Shown: positions 6,911-16,172 of the stretch, one piece after another
Position numbering within the stretch: position 1 is the first letter of the stretch
Layout of the letters: every line of letters begins with the position of its first letter
Origin: a bacterium
GTDB lineage: Bacteria; Desulfobacterota; DSWW01
NCBI GenBank assembly: GCA_040756235.1
Contig: JBFLZG010000076.1
Span: 1 to 28,324, forward strand
Reading direction: 5' to 3'
Length of the DNA stretch: 28,324 bases
Made by a program: the position numbers and the translations under genes
Notes under the pieces: generated by a model
The model's input: the letters and a program-made list of their open reading frames with translations, nothing else
Told to the model about the DNA's origin: nothing
Databases searched by the model: none

Positions 6911-9868
6911 ATGCACAGTCCTACAGTCGAGACGGGAACGAGCGGGGTGAGGGAAGCGGACCCGGCGACCGCCCTGGCTGCCGTACTCGGCCCGGAATTC
7001 GTCGTGCGCAGCCCGGAAGGGCTTGCCTCCTACTTCGTGGAGCGGCCTGCAAGCCTGGAGGGCATCGTAGCGGTCATGCCGTCCACGACCGAGCAGGTCC
7101 AGCGTGTCCTCGCTTACGCCCACGGCACGGGATTGCCGGTCCACACCATGAACGACGGCTGTGTGAGAGCGCCCGAGGTGGGCCGGCGGGGAGTGATCCT
7201 CGACTTCAGCCGGATGAGGGCGATCGAGAAGCTCGACAGGCGGAACCTGCTGGCCCACGTGCAGAGAGGGCTCACTTTCCCGGACCTGAAGAGTGCGCTG
7301 GAAGGGCAGGGCCTCAAGATGGCCGCGCCCCTGGCGGCGACCTCGGAATCCGTCCTGTGCAACTACGTGAACCGGGCCCCCCTGAAGAAGGCGACCCTCT
7401 ATACCGAGGTGCACGTCTTCACGATGCAGGTGGTGCTGGCGGACGGAAGGCTCCTGAAGACCGGCAGCCACGCCCTGAACGAGGACGGAGCCGATCTGCG
7501 GGAGGACGGGGGGCCGAGCCTCAGCCGCTGGCATTTCGGATCGGATGACATCTTCGGTGTGGTGACCCGGGCCACGATCTGGCTCTATCCGAAGACGGAG
7601 TGCCGGGACGCCCTGGTCTTCGCCTTCGAGAGCCGGGAGGATGCCTTGAAGGCCCTGCGGAACGTGCCGCGCACCGAGCAGGGCTGGGAGTATCTGGCGC
7701 TCAACCGGCGCTTCCTCGAGCAGCTCCTCGGCGGCCGGTCCCGCGGCCTGCCTGCCTGGGCCCTGGTCGTGGGCTTCGACGGCCGGGAGAGGCTGGTCGC
7801 CTGCCAGAAGCGGAAGGTCGAGGAGGTCCTGAGGGGGTTCCGAGCGCGGCCCGTGGAGGCGCTCGAGGAGCGTTTCCGGGTGCTGCTGGACGAGGTCTGG
7901 TACCGGGCTTCACCCGCCCACACGGGTTTCTACGCTCCGGCGAGCCGCACGCTCGAGCTGGACCGGTGCGTGGCGGACCGGGCGGCCGCGGCCGGCGTTC
8001 CGGAAGAGGAGATCGGCCGTTGCCTGCTGGCGGTCGACCGCGCCCGCTGCCTTTACTCCCAGTACGATTTCTTTGGCGATGCAGCCGGAAACGCGGGCGC
8101 TCGCGCCTTCCTGCCTGGCCTGGAGAAAGAGCTGTGCGGGCAGGGGGCGTTCTTCGACCGGCCGCAGGGGGAGCTGGCGGATTTCGTCCTGGACCGCGTA
8201 CCCAACCTGCGCACCCAGATCCGCACGATCAAGGCCGTGGTCGACCCCAGGGGAATCCTGAACCCCGGCCGATACGTGTCCCACGCGGACCCCGTCTATG
8301 CGCCTCTTCCCGTGGCCGTGGAGGTCGAACCCGGGGCGGCCATCGACGAAGAGAGGGTCCGGACCGTGGAGGAGCTTCTCAAGGAGGCGGTCGGTGCGGA
8401 ATGGGTCAGCTCCAACCGGGCGGATCTGGCCGCATACGGGAGGGACTTCACCATCTATTCCGGCGAACGGCCGAACCTGGTCGCGCTTCCGCAGACCACG
8501 GCAGAAGTGCAGCAGATCATGCGCATCGCCTACGGCCACAGGATGCCGGTCGTGCCCCTGACCACGGGCTTCAACCACGGCGGTCTCACGATCCCGAGGA
8601 AGGGAGGGATCCTGGTCGACTTGAAGCGCATGAACCGGCTCCGCGAAATCGACGAGGAGACCATGACCGCCACCTTCGAGCCGGGCGTGCGGATGCGCTC
8701 GCTCTACTTCGAATGCAACAAGGTGGCGACGTTCTCCGGTCTCAAGCTCAAGCCGATCCTGCCCCTGACCCTCGCCAGCATCTCTCTGCTCAGCAACTAT
8801 GTCTCCAGGGGCGGACCGGGCTCTGCCGTGAAATACGGCGGCGGGCCGGACCTCACGGTGAACATGACCTGGGTCCTGCCCAATGGCGAAATCCTGCGCA
8901 CCGGCCCGTCCTCGGTTCCCGGAGTGGGCTGCCTGGGCGTGCCCTGGGGGCCGGGCCCGGACATGAGCGGCATGTTCTTCAACGCGGACGGCGCCTTCGG
9001 CATCTGCACCGAGATCACGGCCAGACTCTTCCCGGAGATGCCCTGCGAGCACATGATGCACACCGCCATCTTTCAGGAGGACCCCGCCGCTTGTGAGGCG
9101 GTCTGCAGCACGATCTACGATCTGGCCCAGCAGAACCTCGTCGAGTTCATGTACAAGAGCCATCCCGGCGTGGGGTGCGTCACCATCGCCGGCGCCATGG
9201 GCGGCAACCCGCTCGACTTCGTGGCCATGGCCTCCAAGCACCCTCTTGCGATCATCGTGACCGGGCTGGACGAGGAGGAGACGCGGGTCCGCGCCGAGCT
9301 CGTGCGCGAGATCCTGGAGCGGAACGGGATCCTGGAGGTGGACCCCAACATGTTCGGGCCCATGTTCGCCGACCTCGTGACCACCGATCCCACCAAGATG
9401 AGCGTGGGCATCAAGGGCAACTTCGTGGGCGGCTACAAGGGCGCGTTCCAGTGGCAGGCCGGCTACATCCGGGTGGAGAAGGTGCCGGAGATCAGCGAGG
9501 CCTACAAGAAGCTCATCCGCAAGTACTGGAAGACCTCGGACGTGAAGGTGACGATGGAGACCGCCCTGACCGGGACCGACATCCAGGGACCGCTCCCGTA
9601 TGCGCGGGTGGGCACGGTGGAGTTCGACTACTGGTGGGACCAGGGGAACCCGGAGTCGGTGAAGCGGGCCTCGACCATGATCCGCAAGACGACCGAGCTG
9701 ATGTTCCGCTACGGAGTCCTTCCGATCCGGAACATGTTCGGCTTCGGAGAGATCCTGCTGCCGCAGCTCGAGGTCTACCAGGACATCCTGAAGGGGGTGC
9801 GGGGCGCCTTCGATCCGGCCAATCTCATGCACCCGGACGTCCTGCCGGTGACCGGAGACTATGTGTGA
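6911..9868 (+). CDS. FAD-binding oxidoreductase (GlcD/VAO-PCMH family) with two tandem FAD-oxidase modules
   Basis: Module 1: VMPSTTEQVQ...GVILDFSRM...VLADGRLLKTG...FGVVT...DPRGILNPG. Module 2: ALPQTTAEVQ...GGILVDLKRMNRL...VLPNGEILRTG...GAFGICT...FDPANLMHP. ATG 6911 follows GGAGG/GAGG. Confidence 0.85.
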   Translation: MHSPTVETGTSGVREADPATALAAVLGPEFVVRSPEGLASYFVERPASLEGIVAVMPSTTEQVQRVLAYAHGTGLPVHTMNDGCVRAPEVGRRGVILDFSRMRAIEKLDRRNLLAHVQRGLTFPDLKSALEGQGLKMAAPLAATSESVLCNYVNRAPLKKATLYTEVHVFTMQVVLADGRLLKTGSHALNEDGADLREDGGPSLSRWHFGSDDIFGVVTRATIWLYPKTECRDALVFAFESREDALKALRNVPRTEQGWEYLALNRRFLEQLLGGRSRGLPAWALVVGFDGRERLVACQKRKVEEVLRGFRARPVEALEERFRVLLDEVWYRASPAHTGFYAPASRTLELDRCVADRAAAAGVPEEEIGRCLLAVDRARCLYSQYDFFGDAAGNAGARAFLPGLEKELCGQGAFFDRPQGELADFVLDRVPNLRTQIRTIKAVVDPRGILNPGRYVSHADPVYAPLPVAVEVEPGAAIDEERVRTVEELLKEAVGAEWVSSNRADLAAYGRDFTIYSGERPNLVALPQTTAEVQQIMRIAYGHRMPVVPLTTGFNHGGLTIPRKGGILVDLKRMNRLREIDEETMTATFEPGVRMRSLYFECNKVATFSGLKLKPILPLTLASISLLSNYVSRGGPGSAVKYGGGPDLTVNMTWVLPNGEILRTGPSSVPGVGCLGVPWGPGPDMSGMFFNADGAFGICTEITARLFPEMPCEHMMHTAIFQEDPAACEAVCSTIYDLAQQNLVEFMYKSHPGVGCVTIAGAMGGNPLDFVAMASKHPLAIIVTGLDEEETRVRAELVREILERNGILEVDPNMFGPMFADLVTTDPTKMSVGIKGNFVGGYKGAFQWQAGYIRVEKVPEISEAYKKLIRKYWKTSDVKVTMETALTGTDIQGPLPYARVGTVEFDYWWDQGNPESVKRASTMIRKTTELMFRYGVLPIRNMFGFGEILLPQLEVYQDILKGVRGAFDPANLMHPDVLPVTGDYV

Positions 9869-9877
9869 AACCGCCAT

Positions 9878-9919
9878 TCGGCAATTAGCCGTCAGCAATC
9901 AGCCGTCGGCAATCAGCAG
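9878..9919 (+). repeat. Heptamer tandem repeat (six units, consensus TCAGCMR, 14-bp period)
   Basis: TCGGCAA TTAGCCG TCAGCAA TCAGCCG TCGGCAA TCAGCAG, in the intergenic gap. Confidence 0.75.
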
Positions 9920-9950
9920 CTACTCCCAGCCGATTTCACGGAGCCGAACC

Positions 9951-11189
9951 ATGGCCAGAGACGCAAAAGTCGCCCGGGATATCAAGCCTCTCATGGAATA
10001 CCGCAACATGGCCTGGAAGTGCTGGAAGTGCGGGTTCTGCAGGATGAGCCACCCGGACATGGTGTTCAGCCACAAGTACTCGGACAACTGCCCGCGCGGC
10101 ACGCGTTTCCGCTTCGAATCGTTCTACGGGGCCGGCACCCAGGAGCTCGTTCGGGCCCTGACCTGCGATCCGCCGGAGCTCGACCTCACGGACGGCGAGA
10201 CCGCCGAGCGCATCCGCAAGATCGTCTACACCTGCCCGCAGTGCGGCGCGTGCCAGGTCAACTGCAACCCGACCAAGTTCCTGGAGCCGGCCAACGCGTC
10301 GATCGCGCTCCGGCAGTGGCTGGTCGAGCAGGGGCTGGGCCCGCTGCCGGAGCACAACCCGCTTGTCAAGAGCATCCTGAACTACGACAACCCGTGGATG
10401 CAGCCGCGCGCCGCCCGCGAGAAGTGGGCGAAGAAGAGGAAGGTCAAGGATGCCGCCACGGAGCCGGTGGAGATCTTGTACTACCCGGGGTGCACGGCCT
10501 CTTACGACCCGTTGATCCAGCCGGTAGCCGGGTGGGTGACCGAGGTCCTCCAGGCCGCGGGCGTGGACTTCGGCATCCTGGGCAAGAACGAGATCTGCTG
10601 CGGCTCCACGATCCTCAGGGTGGGAGACGTGGATTCGTTCCGCAAGGTCCGCGCCAGGAACCTCGAGTCCCTGAACGGCACTTCGGCCAAGGTGATCGTC
10701 ACGGCCTGTGCCGGGTGCTTCAGCACGCTGACGCACGAATACGCTCAGTCGCTCAACGCCAAGGTCAAGCACATCGTCGAGCTCGTGGACGAGCTGATCC
10801 GGGACGGCCGGATCACCTTCACGAAGAGCCTGGACCTGACGGTCACCTACCACGACCCCTGCCACGTGGGCCGCTACTGCGAGATCTTCGATCCGCCCCG
10901 CAACATCCTCGAGGCCCTGCCCGGGGTCACGCTCAAGGAAATGGAGCGGATCCGCGAGTGGAGCTGGTGCTGCGGCGCGGGCGGCGGCTGCCGCACAGCG
11001 TTTCCGGAAGAGATCGCCGCCTTTGCGGCCGAGAAGAGGCTTGAGGAAGCGTTCGACACCGGCGCCCGCACGCTCGTGACCGCCTGTCCGTTCTGCGAGC
11101 AGAACCTGGGCGAGAACGCCAGGCGGACCTACGACCGGTACGGGATCGAGGTCAAGGATGTCCTGGAGCTGGTGCACAGGGCCTTGTAG
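9951..11189 (+). CDS. Fe-S oxidoreductase with 4Fe-4S dicluster and two CCG domains (GlcF/HdrD-like)
   Basis: CWKCGFC...NCP and CPQCGACQVNC. CCG domains: YYPGC, EICCG, TACAGC, YHDPCH, CCGAGGG, TACPFC. ATG 9951 follows GGAG. Confidence 0.9.
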   Translation: MARDAKVARDIKPLMEYRNMAWKCWKCGFCRMSHPDMVFSHKYSDNCPRGTRFRFESFYGAGTQELVRALTCDPPELDLTDGETAERIRKIVYTCPQCGACQVNCNPTKFLEPANASIALRQWLVEQGLGPLPEHNPLVKSILNYDNPWMQPRAAREKWAKKRKVKDAATEPVEILYYPGCTASYDPLIQPVAGWVTEVLQAAGVDFGILGKNEICCGSTILRVGDVDSFRKVRARNLESLNGTSAKVIVTACAGCFSTLTHEYAQSLNAKVKHIVELVDELIRDGRITFTKSLDLTVTYHDPCHVGRYCEIFDPPRNILEALPGVTLKEMERIREWSWCCGAGGGCRTAFPEEIAAFAAEKRLEEAFDTGARTLVTACPFCEQNLGENARRTYDRYGIEVKDVLELVHRAL

Positions 11190-11308
11190 GCTCTGGCCAG
11201 ACCCCCTCCGTTGAAAACGTCCGAAATGTGCAGGCTGTTCCCGCTTGAACGCCGTCCGCGAATCCGCTATGAAGGCCGGTGCGGCTGCGGAAAAGAGGGA
11301 ACAGACTG

Positions 11309-12301
11309 ATGGACCTTTCCTTCCTCATCGTGAACTGGAACACCTGCCGGTACTTGCGCAGATGCCTTCGCTCCATTCGGGAGACGGTGAAAGGGGTGGC
11401 CTATGAGGTCATCGTCACCGACAACGCGTCGAGCGACGGCAGCGCCGAGATGGTGCGCAACGAATTCCCGGAGGTCCATCTCATCGCGGAGAGCGAGAAC
11501 GGCGGCTTCGCGCACGGGAACAACCTCGCTTTCGGCCGCTCGTCGGGATGGGCCGTGCTCGTCATGAACCCCGACGTGGAGCTGCTGGAAGGAACCGCAG
11601 AGGGGCTCCTCGAGTTTGCCAGGAGCCACCCGGAAGCCGGTGTCCTGAGCCCCAAGCTCCTCAACCCGGATCGCAGCTTGCAGAATTACTACGGCCGGAT
11701 CCCCACCCTCGCCACGATCTTCTTTCTCTATACGGCGGCCGGCAAATGGATCGACCGCCGCCTCCTCGGAAACCGCATGCGCAAGCTGGACCGGTACGAA
11801 CGCCACGGGGACTTTCGCGAGGTCTTGTGGCTCACGGACGGGGGAGCGGGGTTCTGCTGCACCCTCATACCCAGGCACGTCGTCCAGAGAATCGGCTTCA
11901 TGGACGAACGCTTCCCGGTCTTCTTCAATGACGGGGACTTCGGCGTGCGCCTCTTTCAGGCCGGATACAAGGCCTGCATCCTGCCCGACGTGCATGCCTG
12001 CCATCACGGAGGAGCTTCGGTCAGACAGCTCGACTCACTCGCTTACAATCAGGAATACGTTTACGGGATGCGCGCGTTCTATCGCAAGCATCGCGGCCTT
12101 CTTTACCGGCGGGCCGTGGACCTCGCGCTCGCTAGTGACGTCCCCGTGCGGTTTGCGAGGGTCCTGCAGGAAGTGCTCGGGCGGCGGAAGCCCCTGTGGG
12201 CCTTGTCCGAGCCGTTTCGTTTTCTGCTCGCGACCTTTGCCTACCGCCCTGCCAACGCGCGCGACCTCGTCTACCGGGTGCCGACCGATGGTGTGGTGTG
12301 A
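11309..12301 (+). CDS. Glycosyltransferase family 2 (WbbL/rhamnosyltransferase-like)
   Basis: MDLSFLIVNWN, VTDNASSDGS, ENGGFAHGNN, MNPD, GFMDERFPVFFNDGD, HHGGAS. Confidence 0.88.
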   Translation: MDLSFLIVNWNTCRYLRRCLRSIRETVKGVAYEVIVTDNASSDGSAEMVRNEFPEVHLIAESENGGFAHGNNLAFGRSSGWAVLVMNPDVELLEGTAEGLLEFARSHPEAGVLSPKLLNPDRSLQNYYGRIPTLATIFFLYTAAGKWIDRRLLGNRMRKLDRYERHGDFREVLWLTDGGAGFCCTLIPRHVVQRIGFMDERFPVFFNDGDFGVRLFQAGYKACILPDVHACHHGGASVRQLDSLAYNQEYVYGMRAFYRKHRGLLYRRAVDLALASDVPVRFARVLQEVLGRRKPLWALSEPFRFLLATFAYRPANARDLVYRVPTDGVV

Positions 12302-12347
12302 CCAAGGGAAGGGTATTTCATCCTCCCGCCCCGGAAGGAGGTCGCCT

Positions 12348-12376
12348 TTGACATTCATAACGTTCTTTCTTACCAT
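12348..12376 (+). promoter_or_regulatory. Putative sigma70 promoter for the Fe-S gene pair
   Basis: TTGACA (12348-12353), 17 bp spacer, TACCAT (12371-12376). Confidence 0.65.
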
Positions 12377-12455
12377 CGCTGGCATGGGACGTCCGTCCAT
12401 GGGGGAACAGGTTGTCTGTTGAGGTGGGCTGCGGAGCCCAGCGGGATGGTCTGAG

Positions 12456-13274
12456 ATGTGCGAGTTCTGCGAGAAGCACGGCCAAGGCAACAGGTGGTAC
12501 CTGAATCCGGAAAGCTATTCCGATGAGATGATGGAGGACCCGGCCCGCCGGAAGCTCATCGAAGAGGTCTGCGGCTACGGCATCGATTACTACATCGACG
12601 TCACTTCCAAGGCGACGAACCTTGCCCGATGGCCCGTGCTGAGGAGCCTGGTCCGTATGGCCACTAGGCGCCTCGCGCCCAGGCAGCACGGCGGCCAGGT
12701 GGTGAGCCTGGAGGACGCGCTCGAGATCGTCTCCCTCTCCAAAAACTTCGTCTTGCTCCCCTGCGCCTGCCGCAGGCTTGTCGCCCATGGTGATGAGCTG
12801 TGCTGCCTCAACTTCGGGCCGATACGCGACATGCAGAAGAACGTGCTCCCGAAGGGGCAGATGGAGGAGATCACCGCGAACGAAGCCCGGGAGGTCCTCA
12901 GGCAGCACGATAAGAACGGCCGCGTTCACCAGGTGCTCTATGCCAAGCTCCCCATGCCGATATGCGTGTGCAACTGCGATCTGCGCTGGTGCACATCCTT
13001 CAAACAGCGGTTTCCCTATAACATACCCGAGGCCGTCTTGAAGGGCCACGACGTGCTGACCGTCGCAGCCGAGCTGTGCGACGGCTGCAGCGGAGAGGCG
13101 CCTTGCATCGAGCGCTGCGGCTTCGGCGCTCTGGAGTACAACGAGCCCGCCGGGAAGGTGCGGGTCGACCCCGGCAGGTGCTTCGGGTGCGGTCTGTGCC
13201 GCGCGGTCTGCGGCTCGGGCGCCCTCAGTTTCGTGCCTCGGTCCGGGGTCCTCGAAGCGGCAGGGAGCTGGTAG
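12456..13274 (+). CDS. Cys-rich 4Fe-4S binding protein
   Basis: N-terminal MCEFCEKHG, CACR, CCL, CVCNC...WC. C-terminal ferredoxin domain CDGC....PCIERCGFGA and CFGCGLCRAVC. Confidence 0.85.
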   Translation: MCEFCEKHGQGNRWYLNPESYSDEMMEDPARRKLIEEVCGYGIDYYIDVTSKATNLARWPVLRSLVRMATRRLAPRQHGGQVVSLEDALEIVSLSKNFVLLPCACRRLVAHGDELCCLNFGPIRDMQKNVLPKGQMEEITANEAREVLRQHDKNGRVHQVLYAKLPMPICVCNCDLRWCTSFKQRFPYNIPEAVLKGHDVLTVAAELCDGCSGEAPCIERCGFGALEYNEPAGKVRVDPGRCFGCGLCRAVCGSGALSFVPRSGVLEAAGSW

Positions 13275-13276
13275 CG

Positions 13277-13516
13277 ATGAGCGGGTATAAGGTCCAGGTG
13301 GGCGCCTGCGACGCCAAAGGCTGCGGCTACCGCTGCCAGGAGCTTTGTCCCACCGGGGTGTTCCTTGCGGCGCCGAAGAAGAAGCTGAAAGATCACGGCA
13401 TCGAGCCTGCTTACCGGATCGTCCCCCGCTTCGCGCACTTCTGCAACGGCTGCATGGAGTGCGTAACGGGCTGCCCGCAGGCGGCCATCAAGGTCAGCGC
13501 AGCGGCGGGCAACTGA
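13277..13516 (+). CDS. Small 2[4Fe-4S]-type ferredoxin (79 aa)
   Basis: ATG 2 bp after the upstream stop, with GGGAG. CDAKGCGYRCQELCP and CNGCMECVTGCP. Confidence 0.85.
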   Translation: MSGYKVQVGACDAKGCGYRCQELCPTGVFLAAPKKKLKDHGIEPAYRIVPRFAHFCNGCMECVTGCPQAAIKVSAAAGN

Positions 13517-13690
13517 GCGTCTCCTCTCCTCGCCAGCGTCCTCGGCTTGTAGCTGTTCCTGTATCCCTTCCTCGCCTCGGTCTTCTCGCCGGGCTCCTGC
13601 CTCCAAAGCGACGTGGAACAGCTCGACCAGGAGCCGTGTGCACGACGCTGGAGGTTCTGCTGCCCTGTTTTCACAGGTACGTTTTTTTCT

Positions 13691-13719
13691 TTGACACAGT
13701 CTTAGGGTATTCATATTAT
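13691..13719 (+). promoter_or_regulatory. Strong sigma70-like promoter for the FG-GAP protein
   Basis: TTGACA, 17 bp spacer, TATTAT, with a T-tract upstream. Confidence 0.75.
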
Positions 13720-13786
13720 CCTCCTGGCCCAAGGAAACGTCGGCCTTCGAGACGCCTGGCACCCTTTCACACCGGGGGATGGAGAC

Positions 13787-16114
13787 ATGGTCAGGAACAG
13801 ATCTGTGGGTTTGGCGGGAGTCCTGGCGGTGCTGGCGGGCCTGCTGGGCAGCGGGTATGCTGCTGCGGCTCAGGGCGACCCGGCAGGGCGCAGCATCGCA
13901 ACGGCAGCCGAGATGTTCCGACAGGACTGGAAGTATGCCGTCTTTGGAAGCGGCATCGGCCTGAGCGGACTGATCACGGAGGATATCGATGACGACGGGC
14001 AGGTCGAGATCGTGTGCGGAGGGTCCTTCTCCACGTTCGGCGCCAACGATTTCTGGTACGTGCTCGACTATGTCCCGGCCACGACCGAGTACCGGATGAC
14101 CTGGATCAGCACGCCCTATCCGGACGGCATCTCCAGCCTGGCCGCCTTTGATTACAATGGCGACGGCAAGCAGGAGATATTCGTGGGTCTCGAGAACGGC
14201 GAGGTCTACGTCCACAACGGGCAGACGAAGGAGCATCTGACTGTCCTCACTTCCGACGGCGACCCGGTGAACCGCATTCAGTTGGCCGACGCCGACAACG
14301 ACGGAGCTCCTGAAATCGTGTTCTGCGACGATTCATCGACTTTCGTTTACAGCGCTGACAGCTTCAGCCTCGAGAACGAGATTCCTTACGGCGCGAGTGA
14401 CTTCGAGGTCGGTCAGGTGGATGCGGATGCCTATGACGAAATCGTTCTGGCAAACGGCGTGATCCTGCAGCTGGTAGGTGCGAACCTGGCTGTGGAGTGG
14501 ATCTATCCCGGGCGCGACTTCGGCTACCGTGTCGAGTTGTCCGACATCGATGCCGACGGCATGGCCGAAATCATCGGGGCTTCGTCCTGGTATTATGTGA
14601 CCACCTTCGATGCGGACGTGCAGTCGCCCAAGTGGCAGATCAACGCGGACCTGGATGTCGACGCCCTGTTGATGGCCGACGTGAACGGCGACGGAGTCGA
14701 GGAGCTGCTCTACGGGGACGGCCAATGGGGCCAGGTACACTGCTACGACCCCGTTACCGTCACCGAGATCTGGCAGGTCGACAATCCCTTGAGCGGGGTG
14801 ACCCATATCGCAGTGGCCGACACGGATGGCGACGGCGGCCTCGAGTTGATGTGGGGAGCCGGTGCCCACTCGACCGGCAAGGACCAGCTCTATGTCCACT
14901 CGATTCCGTCTCTGGCCGCGGAATGGGAGAGCCAGCACCTGGATGGTCCGTTCTTCGCACTGGATGTCGGGGATGTGGACTCGGACGGCCGGCAGGAGAT
15001 CGCGTTCGCCTCCTTTGAAAGCGACAGCGGCTACGCTGACGGGGTGGTGGCGATCTACGACGCGGCGACCTACCGGCTGGAATGGCAGAGCGGCACCACC
15101 ATCTTTGGCGGAAGTGCGTGGACCGGCGTTCACGATCTGATCATTCATGACGTCGATGATGACGGCTCACAGGAGATCGTGGTGGGAACCGACCGGGTGT
15201 ACGACGGGGCCATCTATGTGCTGAACGGTGTCTCCCACGAAATCGAAGCGTCTTTCTTCCTCGACGAGGGCGCGCCCATCCATTCGCTGGCAGCGGCCGA
15301 CGTGGACAACGACGGCCGGACGGAGATCATCGCAGGGGGCGGCCGGGAACACACGGGCGCCCCGGGCGTATACGTGTACGTGATCGACGGGACCACCGGG
15401 GCGATCGAGTGGCACAGCATCAGTCTCGGAGCGTACTGGTCCAGCATGGATGCGCTGGAGGTGGGCAACGTGGACAGCGACGCGGCGCTGGAGTTGGTGG
15501 CGGTGAATGATCATCTGTTCATCATGGATGCGGTTTCTCACATCCAGTGGGAGAGCATGACGGGCGGCCATAAGGGTTTGGATCTCCACGACGTCGATGG
15601 AGACGGGATCGAAGAGATCGTTGTGGGCAACGCAGCCGGCGAAATCACGGCGCTGGATGGCCAGACCCACGAAGAACGATTCGCCGTCGCCACAGGCGAC
15701 TCGGCGGTCGAAGGGCTGAGGGTGTTTGACGTCAGACGTGACGGTCAGCTCGACCTGATTTACGCCAGTGCGGAGACGCTCAAGGTCTACAATCTGAGCA
15801 GCGGCAGCCTGCTCTGGGAAAGCGGTCCTCTGGGCCCGGTCGCCGGAAGGTACAACAGCCTCTTCGTCACGGAAGCCGACCCGGGGGCAGCCAGGATCGG
15901 GGTCGGGTCCGATTATGCGGTCACCGTGTTCAAGGACACGGTGCCTGCGTTCTGGGGGGCGCCGGCTTCCATGGCAGGGGCGAAGTACGGGCCTGTCTCG
16001 AGCATCGTGAACTGCGCGGCCATCCTGCTCGTCCCGGCTGCCGTGCTGTTGTGGATCCGTGGACGCCGGACGGCGGCAAGCGCCGCTGCGAGCGCGGTGC
16101 GCGGCCCGTCATGA
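13787..16114 (+). CDS. Secreted FG-GAP/VCBS-repeat beta-propeller protein with C-terminal membrane anchor
   Basis: Signal peptide (MVRNRSVGLAGVLAVLAGLLGSGYAAA). About 13 DxDxDG-type repeats (DIDDDG, DYNGDG, DADNDG, DIDADG, DVNGDG, DTDGDG, DVDSDG and others). C-terminal hydrophobic helix followed by RGRR. Confidence 0.85.
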   Translation: MVRNRSVGLAGVLAVLAGLLGSGYAAAAQGDPAGRSIATAAEMFRQDWKYAVFGSGIGLSGLITEDIDDDGQVEIVCGGSFSTFGANDFWYVLDYVPATTEYRMTWISTPYPDGISSLAAFDYNGDGKQEIFVGLENGEVYVHNGQTKEHLTVLTSDGDPVNRIQLADADNDGAPEIVFCDDSSTFVYSADSFSLENEIPYGASDFEVGQVDADAYDEIVLANGVILQLVGANLAVEWIYPGRDFGYRVELSDIDADGMAEIIGASSWYYVTTFDADVQSPKWQINADLDVDALLMADVNGDGVEELLYGDGQWGQVHCYDPVTVTEIWQVDNPLSGVTHIAVADTDGDGGLELMWGAGAHSTGKDQLYVHSIPSLAAEWESQHLDGPFFALDVGDVDSDGRQEIAFASFESDSGYADGVVAIYDAATYRLEWQSGTTIFGGSAWTGVHDLIIHDVDDDGSQEIVVGTDRVYDGAIYVLNGVSHEIEASFFLDEGAPIHSLAAADVDNDGRTEIIAGGGREHTGAPGVYVYVIDGTTGAIEWHSISLGAYWSSMDALEVGNVDSDAALELVAVNDHLFIMDAVSHIQWESMTGGHKGLDLHDVDGDGIEEIVVGNAAGEITALDGQTHEERFAVATGDSAVEGLRVFDVRRDGQLDLIYASAETLKVYNLSSGSLLWESGPLGPVAGRYNSLFVTEADPGAARIGVGSDYAVTVFKDTVPAFWGAPASMAGAKYGPVSSIVNCAAILLVPAAVLLWIRGRRTAASAAASAVRGPS

Positions 16115-16172
16115 CGGGACAGCTACCCTGCCAGGATGTGTACGCTCGGTTCCCGGGAGAGGCGCCGGCTCG

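Noticed and set aside
7910..11177. Minus-strand ORFs of 662 and 413 aa
   Set aside because: Antisense to the FAD oxidoreductase and CCG genes.
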